Source: a virus (Duplodnaviria > Heunggongvirae > Uroviricota > Caudoviricetes). From it: 64,000 nucleotides of DNA. The stretch's first letter is position 1; every line of letters begins with the position of its first letter. Made by a program: the position numbers and the translations under genes. The stretch covers positions 42,433 to 106,432 of IMG/VR virus record IMGVR_UViG_3300025319_000008; one strand, 5' to 3'. The notes under the pieces are model-generated. The model was not told the origin of the DNA and searched no databases. It saw only the letters and a list, made by a program, of their open reading frames with translations. Below are positions 1-9,958 of this stretch, in pieces.

Positions 1-28
1 TGAAATTCCAAACAAAAAAGAAGATATA

Positions 29-580
29 ATGAAATTCATTGAAGAAATTAATAAAAAACCAGAAAATCCAGAACAAAACATTGAAAATGAACCTTCCGGA
101 AAGCCAAGTGTTTATTTGGACTCTAAAGATAATATTAATTCAATAACGGAAGCGAGAAAAGTTGTAAGGAATATATTACTTGAATTTGAAAAGAATAAAA
201 CTCTTAAAAGTATTCTTGATTCTGATGAGGCTTATCTTATATTAGATTCTTCTAAAGCTACAGGAACAATGTGGACTCAGGGAGGATGTGCTATATTGGC
301 TTTTGCTTTGAGTAAGGTTTACGGTTATCCGGTATATGTCATTTATGATAACGGGTTTAATCAAGCTGACCACTTTGTTGTTAAAACTCCAAGAAATACT
401 TTTGTTGATTATAGGGGAGAAACAAAAGATATAATAAATAAATTCAAGGAAGACGAAATGCTATGGAAAAAAGATTTCAGTCTTGTTCCTTATAAAACAG
501 GAATGAATATGTCTGATATTGTAATTGATGAAAAAGCTTCTGATAAGCTCGCTGAATTAATAAAAAATAAAATGAAATGA
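29..580 (+). CDS. hypothetical protein
   Basis: 183-aa intact ORF; its stop overlaps the next start as ATGA (577-580); no recognisable motif. Confidence 0.45.
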   Translation: MKFIEEINKKPENPEQNIENEPSGKPSVYLDSKDNINSITEARKVVRNILLEFEKNKTLKSILDSDEAYLILDSSKATGTMWTQGGCAILAFALSKVYGYPVYVIYDNGFNQADHFVVKTPRNTFVDYRGETKDIINKFKEDEMLWKKDFSLVPYKTGMNMSDIVIDEKASDKLAELIKNKMK

Positions 581-1578
581 GCATTAGAAAATTAATAAGG
601 AAAATCCTAAACGAAGAAATTAATCTCGTTGATTATAAAAAATGGAAACGAAAGAATGTTACCATTCGTGGGATATCAACTTCGCCTGGTGAATTTAATG
701 GAGCCGGAGCTTCTCTTGGAGATGGATTGTACACTGCTTCTCTTTCTAATAAAGAAATGGCAAAAAAATATGGTGGCGTTTATTTTGTTGTTAACGCGAG
801 GCCTAAAAACCCTAAAGTATTCAATGATTTAAACAGAGCTGAAATCTGGCTCCAACAAAATATTTATTTTAAAAATCATAAAAATGTTAGAGAATTTTTT
901 AAAGATACCACAATAGAAAATGAAGTTCAAAAATTAGGTTATGACGGAATAGAAGTAGTTGGACGTGAAATCGTAAACTATAAACCTGAAAACGTTAAAT
1001 ACTTCAAGACTGAAAATGAATTGATTAATTATTATGAAAATTTTGTGAAACTGACAGAATCAACATTACCAACAGAAGATACTTGGGCTTCCTTTCAAGG
1101 AAAACAACCTTATCAACAAAGGAAAGAAGAATTTTTTAATTCTATTACTTCCTTTAATGATATTACTGACGAAAAAATACCTCAAATTATTGATTATTTA
1201 GGTTCACAAGGGTTTAATAGTGATGAAGATGCGATTGAGGATTTGACTGAAAAAATAAATGAATATAAAAAATTCCCTAATCCAGTTATTCTTTATAGGG
1301 TCATAGCAGTTAAAAATAAAAAATTAATTAATACGAAAGATTTGGGAGAGCATTTTACACCATATGAATGGGGAATTGATGATGATATGTTACTTTCTGT
1401 TGGAAGTGAAAATTGGGAATCATCGTGGAAACCATATATTATGAAAGTTTCTGTTCCGTTATCAGAAATCGATGTTCTTCGTACAATTATTCAAAATTTA
1501 AGTTTTCCAAGGGAAATGGAGATTAATCTGAAAAACAAAGGAAAAGGAGCTAAATTTATTAAAGCTACTAAATACTAA
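577..1578 (+). CDS. hypothetical protein, paralog of 1581..2744; possible ADP-ribosyltransferase-fold protein
   Basis: Shares the N-terminal RKxIRKIL motif, a G-x-G-x-x-G-x-G-[LY]-Y segment (GDGLYTAS, cf. PARP GKGIYFA) and LGYDG[IV] with the next ORF. Confidence 0.45.
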   Translation: MSIRKLIRKILNEEINLVDYKKWKRKNVTIRGISTSPGEFNGAGASLGDGLYTASLSNKEMAKKYGGVYFVVNARPKNPKVFNDLNRAEIWLQQNIYFKNHKNVREFFKDTTIENEVQKLGYDGIEVVGREIVNYKPENVKYFKTENELINYYENFVKLTESTLPTEDTWASFQGKQPYQQRKEEFFNSITSFNDITDEKIPQIIDYLGSQGFNSDEDAIEDLTEKINEYKKFPNPVILYRVIAVKNKKLINTKDLGEHFTPYEWGIDDDMLLSVGSENWESSWKPYIMKVSVPLSEIDVLRTIIQNLSFPREMEINLKNKGKGAKFIKATKY

Positions 1579-1580
1579 TA

Positions 1581-2744
1581 ATGGAACAATTAAGAAAATA
1601 TATAAGAAAAATCCTATTTGAATCTCACTTAGAAAGTAATTTAAATGATAATTTCCAGAAATGGTTTTTCGGTAGCAAGGTTGTTGACGCAAATGGAGAA
1701 CCCCTTGTTGTTTATCATGGAACTGGTAAAAAATTCAGCAAATTTAATTTAAAGAATGCACCACAACCTATAATTTGGTTTACTTCTGATAAATCTACTT
1801 TTAATAATGATGAATCGGGAGCTTCCGGAGCTGTAGGAAAAGGATATATTATGGAATTGTATGCCAATATAAAAAATCCTGCATCTTGGAAAGAGTATGA
1901 AAAATATGGGTTAGGGCAATTAAAAGGTTTGGGATATGATGGAGTTATTTTGCCAGAAGGTAATACATTTGATGGTTTTGTTTTTGAACCAAATCAATTA
2001 AAGTCTGTAAAGAATAAAGGAGAGTGGGATTCTAACAATAAAAACATTTTTAAAGAAGAGGAAAGTGGAAGACAATTAGGAAAAAGTCTTGCTTCGCAGA
2101 TAAAAACTCCATTTGTTACAGTTTATAGAGCTGCGCCAATGTCATCAAACGAATTTTTTGATAGAGATTTTGTTACGCTTAGTAAGAGGTTTGCTATTGA
2201 ACATGCCGAATCTAACCATGTGTATCACGAAGAACCACAACATGTAATTCAAGCATTAATTTCAACAAATAATATATATGATGCTCCAAATCCAGGAGAA
2301 TATTTTTATTCTGGTCCAAATAAAAAAGCAAAAGAGATTTATATATCAAAAGGACAGGACGAATATGAAGGGTTGGACGAGAGTTTGCAAAATGACAAGA
2401 AAGAATTAAATCATTACGTTTATCACACATCGAATATAATCAACAGAAACAGAATAGAAAAAAATGGAATAATTCCTTATAGAGGAGCTCAGTGGATGGA
2501 AGATACTGAAATTAAAGGAAATGCGGTTTTTGCAACTAATTCAGACAATAAAGAAGATTGGTTTGATTCTACGTTTGATGATGACATTTGGCAAATAGAT
2601 ATTACAAAAATTCCAAACATAAAATGGAGTGATGATCCAAATTTTAGTTGGGATAAAAATAATAAACACATCTACACAAAGCAACCAATTCCAAAAAATG
2701 CAATTAAATTAGTAAAAATAGGAACTGGCAAAGATTTGCTTTAA
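1581..2744 (+). CDS. hypothetical protein, paralog of 577..1578; H-G-T motif (VVYHGTG) resembling H-Y-E class ADP-ribosyltransferases
   Basis: 387-aa ORF; VYHGTGKKF, then GASGAVGKGYIMELYA, then LGYDGV; homologous to the preceding ORF. Confidence 0.45.
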   Translation: MEQLRKYIRKILFESHLESNLNDNFQKWFFGSKVVDANGEPLVVYHGTGKKFSKFNLKNAPQPIIWFTSDKSTFNNDESGASGAVGKGYIMELYANIKNPASWKEYEKYGLGQLKGLGYDGVILPEGNTFDGFVFEPNQLKSVKNKGEWDSNNKNIFKEEESGRQLGKSLASQIKTPFVTVYRAAPMSSNEFFDRDFVTLSKRFAIEHAESNHVYHEEPQHVIQALISTNNIYDAPNPGEYFYSGPNKKAKEIYISKGQDEYEGLDESLQNDKKELNHYVYHTSNIINRNRIEKNGIIPYRGAQWMEDTEIKGNAVFATNSDNKEDWFDSTFDDDIWQIDITKIPNIKWSDDPNFSWDKNNKHIYTKQPIPKNAIKLVKIGTGKDLL

Positions 2745-2756
2745 AAAACAAACTAA

Positions 2757-3302
2757 ATGCGAGAAATACAAATTCGAAATATATTTGTTGATATTTTCTT
2801 AACTTATTATCTAAAATTCGGATATAATATAAGTTTCGCAGCGATGCATATGTCCGGTAATAATACATTTACTGATGAGCAATCATTGAGCAAAATTTTT
2901 AATTCTATTAACAGTAAAATCCGAGCCGTTAATAAACATAACAGCAAAAATTGTTCTTTCCTTAATTTATCCGGAGTATTAAATTTACCGATTAAAGAAA
3001 TATATCCGGTTTCATTTCAATTAAAACCAGAGGAGCAATTTTGGTTTGAGTTCATCATTAATATGGAAGCCGGAAAATTCCTTGAACTTTGTGATGAAAC
3101 AAAGAATATAAGAGAACTCAGGAGATTGTATTCAATTCCAGAATCTTTCAAAGAAGAATTTTTAAGTATATTCAATAATAAAAATGCAATAGATTTAGTG
3201 AGAGCAAGATTTATCATGGGAGAAAGAATTGGAAATGAACCATCGAGAACTGGATTTTTTATTAATTATACTACCGGAGTGGCACATAGAATACATTCTT
3301 AA
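2757..3302 (+). CDS. hypothetical protein (true start may be the internal Met near 2850)
   Basis: 181-aa ORF with no motif. Confidence 0.3.
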   Translation: MREIQIRNIFVDIFLTYYLKFGYNISFAAMHMSGNNTFTDEQSLSKIFNSINSKIRAVNKHNSKNCSFLNLSGVLNLPIKEIYPVSFQLKPEEQFWFEFIINMEAGKFLELCDETKNIRELRRLYSIPESFKEEFLSIFNNKNAIDLVRARFIMGERIGNEPSRTGFFINYTTGVAHRIHS

Positions 3303-3341
3303 TTATTTTTTGTTTATCTTTGTTTTTTAATAACAATAAAG

Positions 3342-4076
3342 ATGAAAAACAAATCAGAAGCAAGACTTCGTCAATTTGATGTAGCATACATGGATATTGC
3401 AAAAAGGTGGGCTCTATTGTCTTATGCTGTAAAAAAACAAGTAGGAGCTATCATAGTTAAAGACCGGATGATAATCTCTGATGGCTTCAATGGAACGCCC
3501 AAAAATTTTGACAATAAGGCAGAAGATATGGACGGTAAGACGCACTGGTACACATTGCATGCGGAATCTAACGCCATCCTCAAATTATCAACTTCAACCC
3601 AAAGCTCAATAGGAGCTACTTTATATGTTACTTGTTGTCCATGCAGGAATTGTGCAAAATTAATTTTGCAATCCAAAATAGCAAGGGTCGTGTACGACGA
3701 AGATTATAAAACAACTGATGGCGTTGATTTCTTAAAAAAAGCCGGCATACAAGTTCAAAAAATGAGTGAGATTAAAAATAACTATACTAATATTATAGAT
3801 GCCTTTGAACTGGATATGAAAGATAATAAATGCACTCATACACATAGTGCTATTTGGAAATCTCTTACAGAAAAAGATTTAGAGTCTGTTGATAGTGCTG
3901 CTAATTTCATATTAGAAAACCACACAGAGAATCTTTCTTTGATCAGAGCATACTTAATGGAAACGAATGCATATAAGATAAATCTAAAGAATCGAAACAA
4001 AGTATATGTTAAAGCAATTCAAATTTGTGATAATTCTGGTTTAAATACTGCAGATTTCTTGTCAAATCTTAAATAA
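3342..4076 (+). CDS. dCMP / deoxycytidylate deaminase (CMP/dCMP zinc-binding fold) with a ~90-aa C-terminal extension
   Basis: HAESNAI (H-A-E) and CCPCRNCA (PCxxC) zinc ligand motifs; N-terminal FMDIAKRWALLS is typical of dCMP deaminases. Confidence 0.85.
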   Translation: MKNKSEARLRQFDVAYMDIAKRWALLSYAVKKQVGAIIVKDRMIISDGFNGTPKNFDNKAEDMDGKTHWYTLHAESNAILKLSTSTQSSIGATLYVTCCPCRNCAKLILQSKIARVVYDEDYKTTDGVDFLKKAGIQVQKMSEIKNNYTNIIDAFELDMKDNKCTHTHSAIWKSLTEKDLESVDSAANFILENHTENLSLIRAYLMETNAYKINLKNRNKVYVKAIQICDNSGLNTADFLSNLK

Positions 4077-4077
4077 T

Positions 4078-4413
4078 ATGGAATGTATTCCAGAAAATAA
4101 AATCATAGAGTATCCTATTAAAAAATTTGATAATCTTAATAGGGTAATTTATATAGATTGGAATGGAGTTGAGCGTTGCATTAATGTTTTTTGGGGTGAC
4201 ACAAATAAAATTAAAATAAAATATAGACTTTGGCATAGCGAAACAGAAGTTGAAGCTTATGACGAAAAAGGAAACGTTATTTTTCAAAGCTCTGCCGGAG
4301 TTATAGTTATAAAATTTCCAAGATTAAAAATTAAAGATGGAAAATTACTTTATACTGTTGAAAGAAAAAAAATAAAAGAATGGTTGAAAAAACTTGATTG
4401 TAATAAAAATTAA
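4078..4413 (+). CDS. hypothetical protein
   Basis: 111-aa ORF starting 2 nt after the previous stop. Confidence 0.4.
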   Translation: MECIPENKIIEYPIKKFDNLNRVIYIDWNGVERCINVFWGDTNKIKIKYRLWHSETEVEAYDEKGNVIFQSSAGVIVIKFPRLKIKDGKLLYTVERKKIKEWLKKLDCNKN

Positions 4414-4498
4414 TAATAAATTTGTAGAATAATTAAATTCATACGGAACTATAGATTTTATAATTTTTCATACTATTTATCTTCAAAAGATAAAAATT

Positions 4499-5857
4499 AT
4501 GAAAAAAAGCAAAAAAACAGAAGTCTGTTGTGCAGTGTGTAAAAAAGTAGAATTTGTATACTTAAGTAGGGCAAAAAAATATAACACTTGTTCTGTTGAA
4601 TGTATGGGTGAATATAATAAATCACCTAATAATGTAAAATGTTTTTCTTGTGGAAAAGAATTTCACTTACAACCAAAAAGAACAAAAAGACTTACTGATG
4701 AAAAACATATAACTTGCTCAATGAAATGTGCTGGTGAATTAAAAAAAATTATTTACCTCGGTAGGAATAATCCAAATACAAAATATATGATTGATGATAA
4801 TTTTTTTAAAAAAGTAGATACGGAACAAAAAGCGTATTTGCTTGGATGGATAGCTAGTGATGGAAATTTAGCTCCAAATGGTACAATAAATATTTCTATT
4901 CATAAAAAAGACAGGAAGTGCTTAGAGGAATTAAGAGATATAATTTGTAAAGATATTCCAATTTCTAATGGAAAAAAAAGTATGATAACGCTTAGAATTT
5001 GTTCAACTACAATGAATAATGATATTTGCTCACTTTTAAAAATAAAACCTGAAAAAAAATCAGACATAGTTGATTTTCCAAATTTAGAAAATGACGATTT
5101 AAAATGGGCATTTATAAGAGGTTTTTTTGACGGAGATGGGTGTGTATCTTTATTTACTGAAACACACGCTGCTCCTAGTTGTAATATAGCTACTAATTCA
5201 AAATTAATGCGTAAAGGAATTATTGAATTTGTTAATATACCAAATTGGACTAACGATGTAGACAAAATAGAATGGTATGGAAATAATGCTCTTGATTTTT
5301 TATCTAAAATATATGACAATAGCTCTATTAAATTACAAAGAAAGTATGAAAGATATTTAGACATTTCTGCTTGGGTTCCATCTATATCTTATAGCAGACA
5401 TTTTAAAACTGAACATTTTAAATTCTCAAAATCTATAAAAGAAGCTGTATCACCATCTAAAACAAGAGCTTCAGATTCTGGATATGATTTGGTTATACTT
5501 AAAAAGATTAAAACCATTGGAGAAGTTGAATTTTATGACACCGGAATAAAAGTTAAACCTACATTTGGATATTATTTTAATTTAGTACCAAGAAGTTCAA
5601 TAACAAAGACTGGATATATGTTAGCAAATTCAATTGGCGTTATTGATAGAACATATCACGGTAGTATAATAGTCCCTTTAATAAAAATTGATAAAAATGC
5701 ACCTGACATTCAATTGCCAGCAAAAATAGTTCAAATCATACCAACTTCCATAATTCATGTAGAGTTTAAGGAAGTTGAAGAACTTGAAGAAACACAGCGT
5801 GCAGAAGGGGGATTTGGAAGTACAGATTTGAAAAAAAATAAAAATAGTTCAATATAA
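4499..5857 (+). CDS. dut: fusion protein: N-terminal C4 zinc ribbons, a double-motif LAGLIDADG homing endonuclease module, then a complete C-terminal dUTPase
   Basis: CxxC pairs at the N-terminus; LLGWIASDGNL and FIRGFFDGDGCV (LAGLIDADG motifs ~100 aa apart); dUTPase motifs I-V in the last ~150 aa (SDSGYDL, VPRSS, GVIDRTYHGSI, AKIVQI, RAEGGFGSTD). Confidence 0.75.
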   Translation: MKKSKKTEVCCAVCKKVEFVYLSRAKKYNTCSVECMGEYNKSPNNVKCFSCGKEFHLQPKRTKRLTDEKHITCSMKCAGELKKIIYLGRNNPNTKYMIDDNFFKKVDTEQKAYLLGWIASDGNLAPNGTINISIHKKDRKCLEELRDIICKDIPISNGKKSMITLRICSTTMNNDICSLLKIKPEKKSDIVDFPNLENDDLKWAFIRGFFDGDGCVSLFTETHAAPSCNIATNSKLMRKGIIEFVNIPNWTNDVDKIEWYGNNALDFLSKIYDNSSIKLQRKYERYLDISAWVPSISYSRHFKTEHFKFSKSIKEAVSPSKTRASDSGYDLVILKKIKTIGEVEFYDTGIKVKPTFGYYFNLVPRSSITKTGYMLANSIGVIDRTYHGSIIVPLIKIDKNAPDIQLPAKIVQIIPTSIIHVEFKEVEELEETQRAEGGFGSTDLKKNKNSSI

Positions 5858-5964
5858 CTTTGAAAATAGTTTTGAAATTATTATTTCTGAATAAAAACAA
5901 AATATCCGCAACAATTACACAACAAATACGTTTATAATAAAAAATAACATTTAAATTTTATAAT

Positions 5965-7995
5965 ATGCAAGACGAATTAAATAATGATGAAAATCAAGGT
6001 CCGGTAAATCCGAATGAAACATCAACTCGAAAAAAAGACAAGTCAAAAACTCCTATGTTGGATAATTTTGGCAAGGATTTGACCAAAATGGCATTAGAAG
6101 GAAAACTTGAGCCTGTAATCGGAAGAGAAAAAGAAATCGACCGGGTGATTCAGATTTTGAGTAGGAAAAAGAAGAATAACCCCGTCCTTATTGGGTTTCC
6201 CGGTGTTGGAAAAACTTGTATTGCTGAAGGTTTGGCAATGAAAATAGCTCACAAAAATGTTAGTAGGATTTTGCATGGAAAGAGAATTATTTCTCTTGAT
6301 CTTTCTTTGATTGTTGCAGGTACTAAATATCGCGGACAATTTGAAGAAAGAATGAAAACTCTCATTGAAGAAATTGAACAAAATGAAGATGTAATTGTCT
6401 TTATGGATGAATTACATACAATCATTGGAGCGGGTAATGCTGCCGGAAGTTTAGATGCTTCTAATATGATTAAGCCAGCTCTTGCTAGAGGACAAATGCA
6501 ACTCATAGGTGCCACAACAATAGACGAGTATAAAAAATCTATAGAAAAAGATGGTGCTATGGAACGTCGTTTTCAAAAAGTTATGGTTGATGAACCATCA
6601 GTAGACCAAACAAAAGAAATTATCAATCAATCTAAAGGGATGTATGAAGAATTCCATGGAGTTGTATTTGAAAATGCTGCTATTAATGCGGTTGTTGATT
6701 TGGCTGATAGATATATTACTGGACGATATTTTCCAGATAAGGCATTTGATGTGCTGGATGAAGCTGGTTCAAGAATACATATTGACAATTTAAATACTCC
6801 TCCAGAAATTATTCAAATTGAACTTGAAATCGAGGAAACAAAAACACAAAAAGATATTTTTGTTAAAACTCAACAATACGAACAAGCTGCAAAAATTAGA
6901 GATAAAGAAAAAGAATTAAGCAGAAATCTTGAGTTAAGGAAAGCGGAATGGGAAAAAACTGAAAAAAACAATCGTATTCCAGTTACAGAAGCTGATGTAG
7001 CTAAAGTTATTTCAAAAATGATTGGAGTACCAGTAACAAAATTAACTGAAGATGAAGGAGTAAAGCTTATTAATATGCCGGAAGAACTTAAAAAACGTGT
7101 TGTTGGTCAAGATAATGCGGTTGTTAAAGTAGCAGAGGCTATTCAGCGAAACAGAGCTGGACTTAATAATCCAAATAAACCAATTGCATCATTTATATTT
7201 TTAGGCTCCACCGGTGTAGGTAAAACGGAATTAGCAAAAGCTTTAGCTCAATATCTTTTTAATGATGAAGATGCTATGATTAAAATTGATATGAGTGAAT
7301 ATACAGAGCCTCATAATATAAGTAGATTGACTGGAAGTCCTCCAGGATATGTGGATAGCTCCGAAGGTGGTCAGCTCACAGAGAAGGTTCGCAACAAACC
7401 ATATTCAGTTATTTTGTTTGATGAAATCGAAAAAGCTCATCCACTTGTACATAATATTTTCCTTCAAATACTTGATGAGGGTAAACTTACAAGTGGACTC
7501 GGAATAACTGTGAACTTTAAAAATACTATAATTATTATGACTTCCAATGTTGGAACTAAAGAAATGTCTGAATATAAATCTGTTGGATTTGGTCTTGGAG
7601 AACGTAAGAGTGTTGATATTGAAGAAATTGTTAAAAAAGCTCTTAAGGGAAAATTTAAACCAGAATTTTTAAATCGCCTCGATGAGCAAGTTATTTTTAA
7701 TCTTTTAACAAAAGAAAACATAAATGAAATAACCGGTATTCATATTAATAATTTTTCAAAATTAGTAGAGAAACAAGGTTATAAACTTGAAGTTAGTAAA
7801 TCTATGAGAGAAATCATTGCAAAAGACGGTTTTAGTGAAGAATTTGGCGCAAGGCCAATTTTGAGGATGATAACAAAATATATACAGACACCGATTTCTA
7901 AGGATTTACTTTTAAAAAAATTCACAGCAGGCGACACAATATATGTTGACTGGGACAAAAAAAAAGAAGAAGTAAAAGTTACTTCTAAAAAGTAA
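5965..7995 (+). CDS. Clp/Hsp100 family ATPase with two AAA+ modules (ClpC/ClpA-like, short N-domain)
   Basis: Walker A GFPGVGKT and GSTGVGKTE; sensor and arginine-finger regions; overall ClpA/ClpC architecture; 676 aa. Confidence 0.9.
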   Translation: MQDELNNDENQGPVNPNETSTRKKDKSKTPMLDNFGKDLTKMALEGKLEPVIGREKEIDRVIQILSRKKKNNPVLIGFPGVGKTCIAEGLAMKIAHKNVSRILHGKRIISLDLSLIVAGTKYRGQFEERMKTLIEEIEQNEDVIVFMDELHTIIGAGNAAGSLDASNMIKPALARGQMQLIGATTIDEYKKSIEKDGAMERRFQKVMVDEPSVDQTKEIINQSKGMYEEFHGVVFENAAINAVVDLADRYITGRYFPDKAFDVLDEAGSRIHIDNLNTPPEIIQIELEIEETKTQKDIFVKTQQYEQAAKIRDKEKELSRNLELRKAEWEKTEKNNRIPVTEADVAKVISKMIGVPVTKLTEDEGVKLINMPEELKKRVVGQDNAVVKVAEAIQRNRAGLNNPNKPIASFIFLGSTGVGKTELAKALAQYLFNDEDAMIKIDMSEYTEPHNISRLTGSPPGYVDSSEGGQLTEKVRNKPYSVILFDEIEKAHPLVHNIFLQILDEGKLTSGLGITVNFKNTIIIMTSNVGTKEMSEYKSVGFGLGERKSVDIEEIVKKALKGKFKPEFLNRLDEQVIFNLLTKENINEITGIHINNFSKLVEKQGYKLEVSKSMREIIAKDGFSEEFGARPILRMITKYIQTPISKDLLLKKFTAGDTIYVDWDKKKEEVKVTSKK

Positions 7996-8001
7996 AAAAG
8001 A

Positions 8002-8027
8002 AAGCCTGAAATTATTCAGGCTTTTTT
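8002..8027. terminator. bidirectional intrinsic terminator between convergent genes
   Basis: aagcctgaa / ttcaggctt 9-bp stem with a 4-nt loop, followed by a T-run; lies between the Clp ATPase stop (7995) and the minus-strand gene end (8026). Confidence 0.5.
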
Positions 8028-8967
8028 ATGCAAAAAAACTTTTACTTCCATTCCAATATTCTGAATAAGTTCTTTCTATGTGATATGGTAAAAAATTTGG
8101 TAAATTATTTTTTTCCTTTTCTTCTATATATTTAGAACGATTAGATATGTCTGGCCTATTGTCTTTTAACCATTTTTTTGCTTCATAAAAATTTAAAAAT
8201 TCTTTTTTTGAATATTTGTTATTATAATTATAAAGAAAATCTTCAATACTTATCCATGTATTTTTTGTTTTATATGTTCTTTCAGGATTGTATGGTAAAA
8301 AATATATTTTTTCACTTTGAATATATAATCTATAGTCTTGTAGTGTTTCTAAATTAGGATTATTATTCTTAAGAAAAATTTTTGCATCATTATAATTTAA
8401 CATTGTTTTCTTGACAGAGTTAGAGTTATAGCCTTTTGATAATTTATTTAAAAAATCTTCCCACCCAATCCATCCTTTATTTTTAAAAACATCTTTTGGG
8501 CATTTCGGTATATGAGTTGGTAATTTATATTTTATTTTTTTGAAATCACTTTCAAATATTAAATCTGGATATTTTTCGTTAATCCATTTTTTACATTCTT
8601 CATAAGTTATGAAATATTTAATTTTACCTCCGCCACGAGGTCCAAATTGTCCACCAATTTGTAGATTGGTTAGTTTGCAACCTTTTTCTTTGTAAAAATT
8701 TATCCAAAATCTTTCTCTTTCTTCCCAGTTATGTTCGTTAACTATTTCAATTATTTTAATATCTATTTTTCCGCCTTTAACTATTATAGACTGCATCCAC
8801 TTATCTTTATAGGTTTTTTTAAACTTTGAAATATATTTATGTTCACTTAATCGTCCTTTTATTGTTCTTTCTGTTTTTCCTATATATTTTATTTCCTCTG
8901 GTGTATTAGCTTCGAATAATCCATATATTATAATTTTTTTCATTTTACTGATTTTAGCCTCGTTCAT
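8026..8967 (-). CDS. freestanding GIY-YIG homing endonuclease with C-terminal repeat region
   Basis: N-terminal IIIYGLFEANTPEEIKYIGKTERTIKGRLSEH (GIY...YIG...R...E); sits on the opposite strand between the Clp ATPase and clpP. Confidence 0.7.
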   Translation of the reverse strand: MNEAKISKMKKIIIYGLFEANTPEEIKYIGKTERTIKGRLSEHKYISKFKKTYKDKWMQSIIVKGGKIDIKIIEIVNEHNWEERERFWINFYKEKGCKLTNLQIGGQFGPRGGGKIKYFITYEECKKWINEKYPDLIFESDFKKIKYKLPTHIPKCPKDVFKNKGWIGWEDFLNKLSKGYNSNSVKKTMLNYNDAKIFLKNNNPNLETLQDYRLYIQSEKIYFLPYNPERTYKTKNTWISIEDFLYNYNNKYSKKEFLNFYEAKKWLKDNRPDISNRSKYIEEKEKNNLPNFLPYHIERTYSEYWNGSKSFFA

Positions 8968-9102
8968 ACTTTTGAGGTAATATTATGTAAATATGATAAT
9001 TATTTAAGAAAATGAAATAGTTATTATTTTATTAAGATTTATTTTATTTTACAATAAAAAATATTACATTTGTCAACACATAAACAAACTAAAAAATATA
9101 AT

Positions 9103-9792
9103 ATGCAAAACATTATTGAAAAATTTGAAATAGCAGGAAAAAGCGCCAACATAAATAAAAAGCTAATCTCCAGTTCGACCAACAAATTAATTGACCATTC
9201 TATTAAAAATCTATCTCCAAGTGTAATAGAAGAATCAAGTTCTGGACAATTAATATCATATGATGTGTATTCTCGTCTTTTAAAAGATAGAATAATCTAT
9301 TTTTGCCATCCGGTAACTACTGAAACTTCTAATATTGCAATAGCACAAATATTGTTTTTAGAAATGACTGAAGGTAAAAAAGATATTACATTTTATATCA
9401 TGAGTCCGGGCGGGGAAATTGACTCAGGAAGCGCAATTTTAGACACATTCGAGCTTGTTTCGTGTGATATTAAAACGGTTGGAATGGGAGTTGTTGCAAG
9501 TATGGGTACAATGCTTTTATCAAGTGGGACGAAAGGTAAAAGATATGCATTACCAAGTTCAAGAATAATGATGCACGAATTAGCATCTGGATTTGAAGGA
9601 AAAATGAAAGATTTAAAAGTAAGTTATGAACAATGTCAAATAATGGAAAAAAGATTGTATGAAAAACTTTCTAAAAATACAGGACAGGATTATGAAACAA
9701 TATTCAATAAATGTCAAAAAGATTATTGGGTTTCAGCAGAGCAAGCAGTTGGAGAAGGATTAATTGACGAAGTTCTAATAAAAAGAAAATAA
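9103..9792 (+). CDS. clpP: ATP-dependent Clp protease proteolytic subunit
   Basis: YSRLLKDRIIYF; catalytic Ser in GVVASMGT and His in IMMHELASG; ATG at 9103 preferred over the TTG ORF start at 9070. Confidence 0.9.
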   Translation: MQNIIEKFEIAGKSANINKKLISSSTNKLIDHSIKNLSPSVIEESSSGQLISYDVYSRLLKDRIIYFCHPVTTETSNIAIAQILFLEMTEGKKDITFYIMSPGGEIDSGSAILDTFELVSCDIKTVGMGVVASMGTMLLSSGTKGKRYALPSSRIMMHELASGFEGKMKDLKVSYEQCQIMEKRLYEKLSKNTGQDYETIFNKCQKDYWVSAEQAVGEGLIDEVLIKRK

Positions 9793-9828
9793 GAGGTAGG
9801 GAGCAAAAATAACCAAATCTCAAGTAAG

Positions 9829-9860
9829 CGGAGTGTTGTATAATACAACATTCCGTTTTA
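9829..9860 (+). terminator. intrinsic terminator after clpP
   Basis: 12-bp stem (cggagtgttgta / tacaacattccg, one G-T wobble) followed by tttt. Confidence 0.5.
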
Positions 9861-9958
9861 CCTTTTTAAAAAATTAATATTTTTAAGTACAAATTTAAAT
9901 AATTAGATAAAGCGTAATAGATTTATTTTTTTTTCATATTTATTATTAAATATAAAAA

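Noticed and set aside
4499-5857. Canonical intein inside dUTPase
   Set aside because: The LAGLIDADG module is N-terminal to a complete dUTPase, not inserted within it, and no Cys/Ser start or His-Asn-Cys/Ser/Thr end junction is present.
629-7721. Short ORFs on the opposite strand or in alternative frames inside long genes (for example 629..832, 1498..1692, 2212..2430, 3422..3676, 4900..5364, 6094..6515, 7464..7721, and similar ones inside topA, the sigma-like genes and dnaJ)
   Set aside because: They lie entirely within well-supported conserved genes and have low-complexity, AT-codon-biased translations. They are shadow ORFs, not genes.
8968-9102. Classical sigma-70 TTGACA/TATAAT promoter upstream of clpP (TTGTCA ... 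TATAAT)
   Set aside because: The spacer is 21 nt and the TATAAT sits directly against the ATG. The Bacteroidota-type TAcaTTTG element fits better.
9829-9860. Possible tRNA or ncRNA downstream of clpP
   Set aside because: It is a simple 12-bp hairpin followed by a T-run, with no cloverleaf. It is better explained as an intrinsic terminator. I found no tRNA-like structure elsewhere in a manual scan, though I could not run a tRNA-detection tool.
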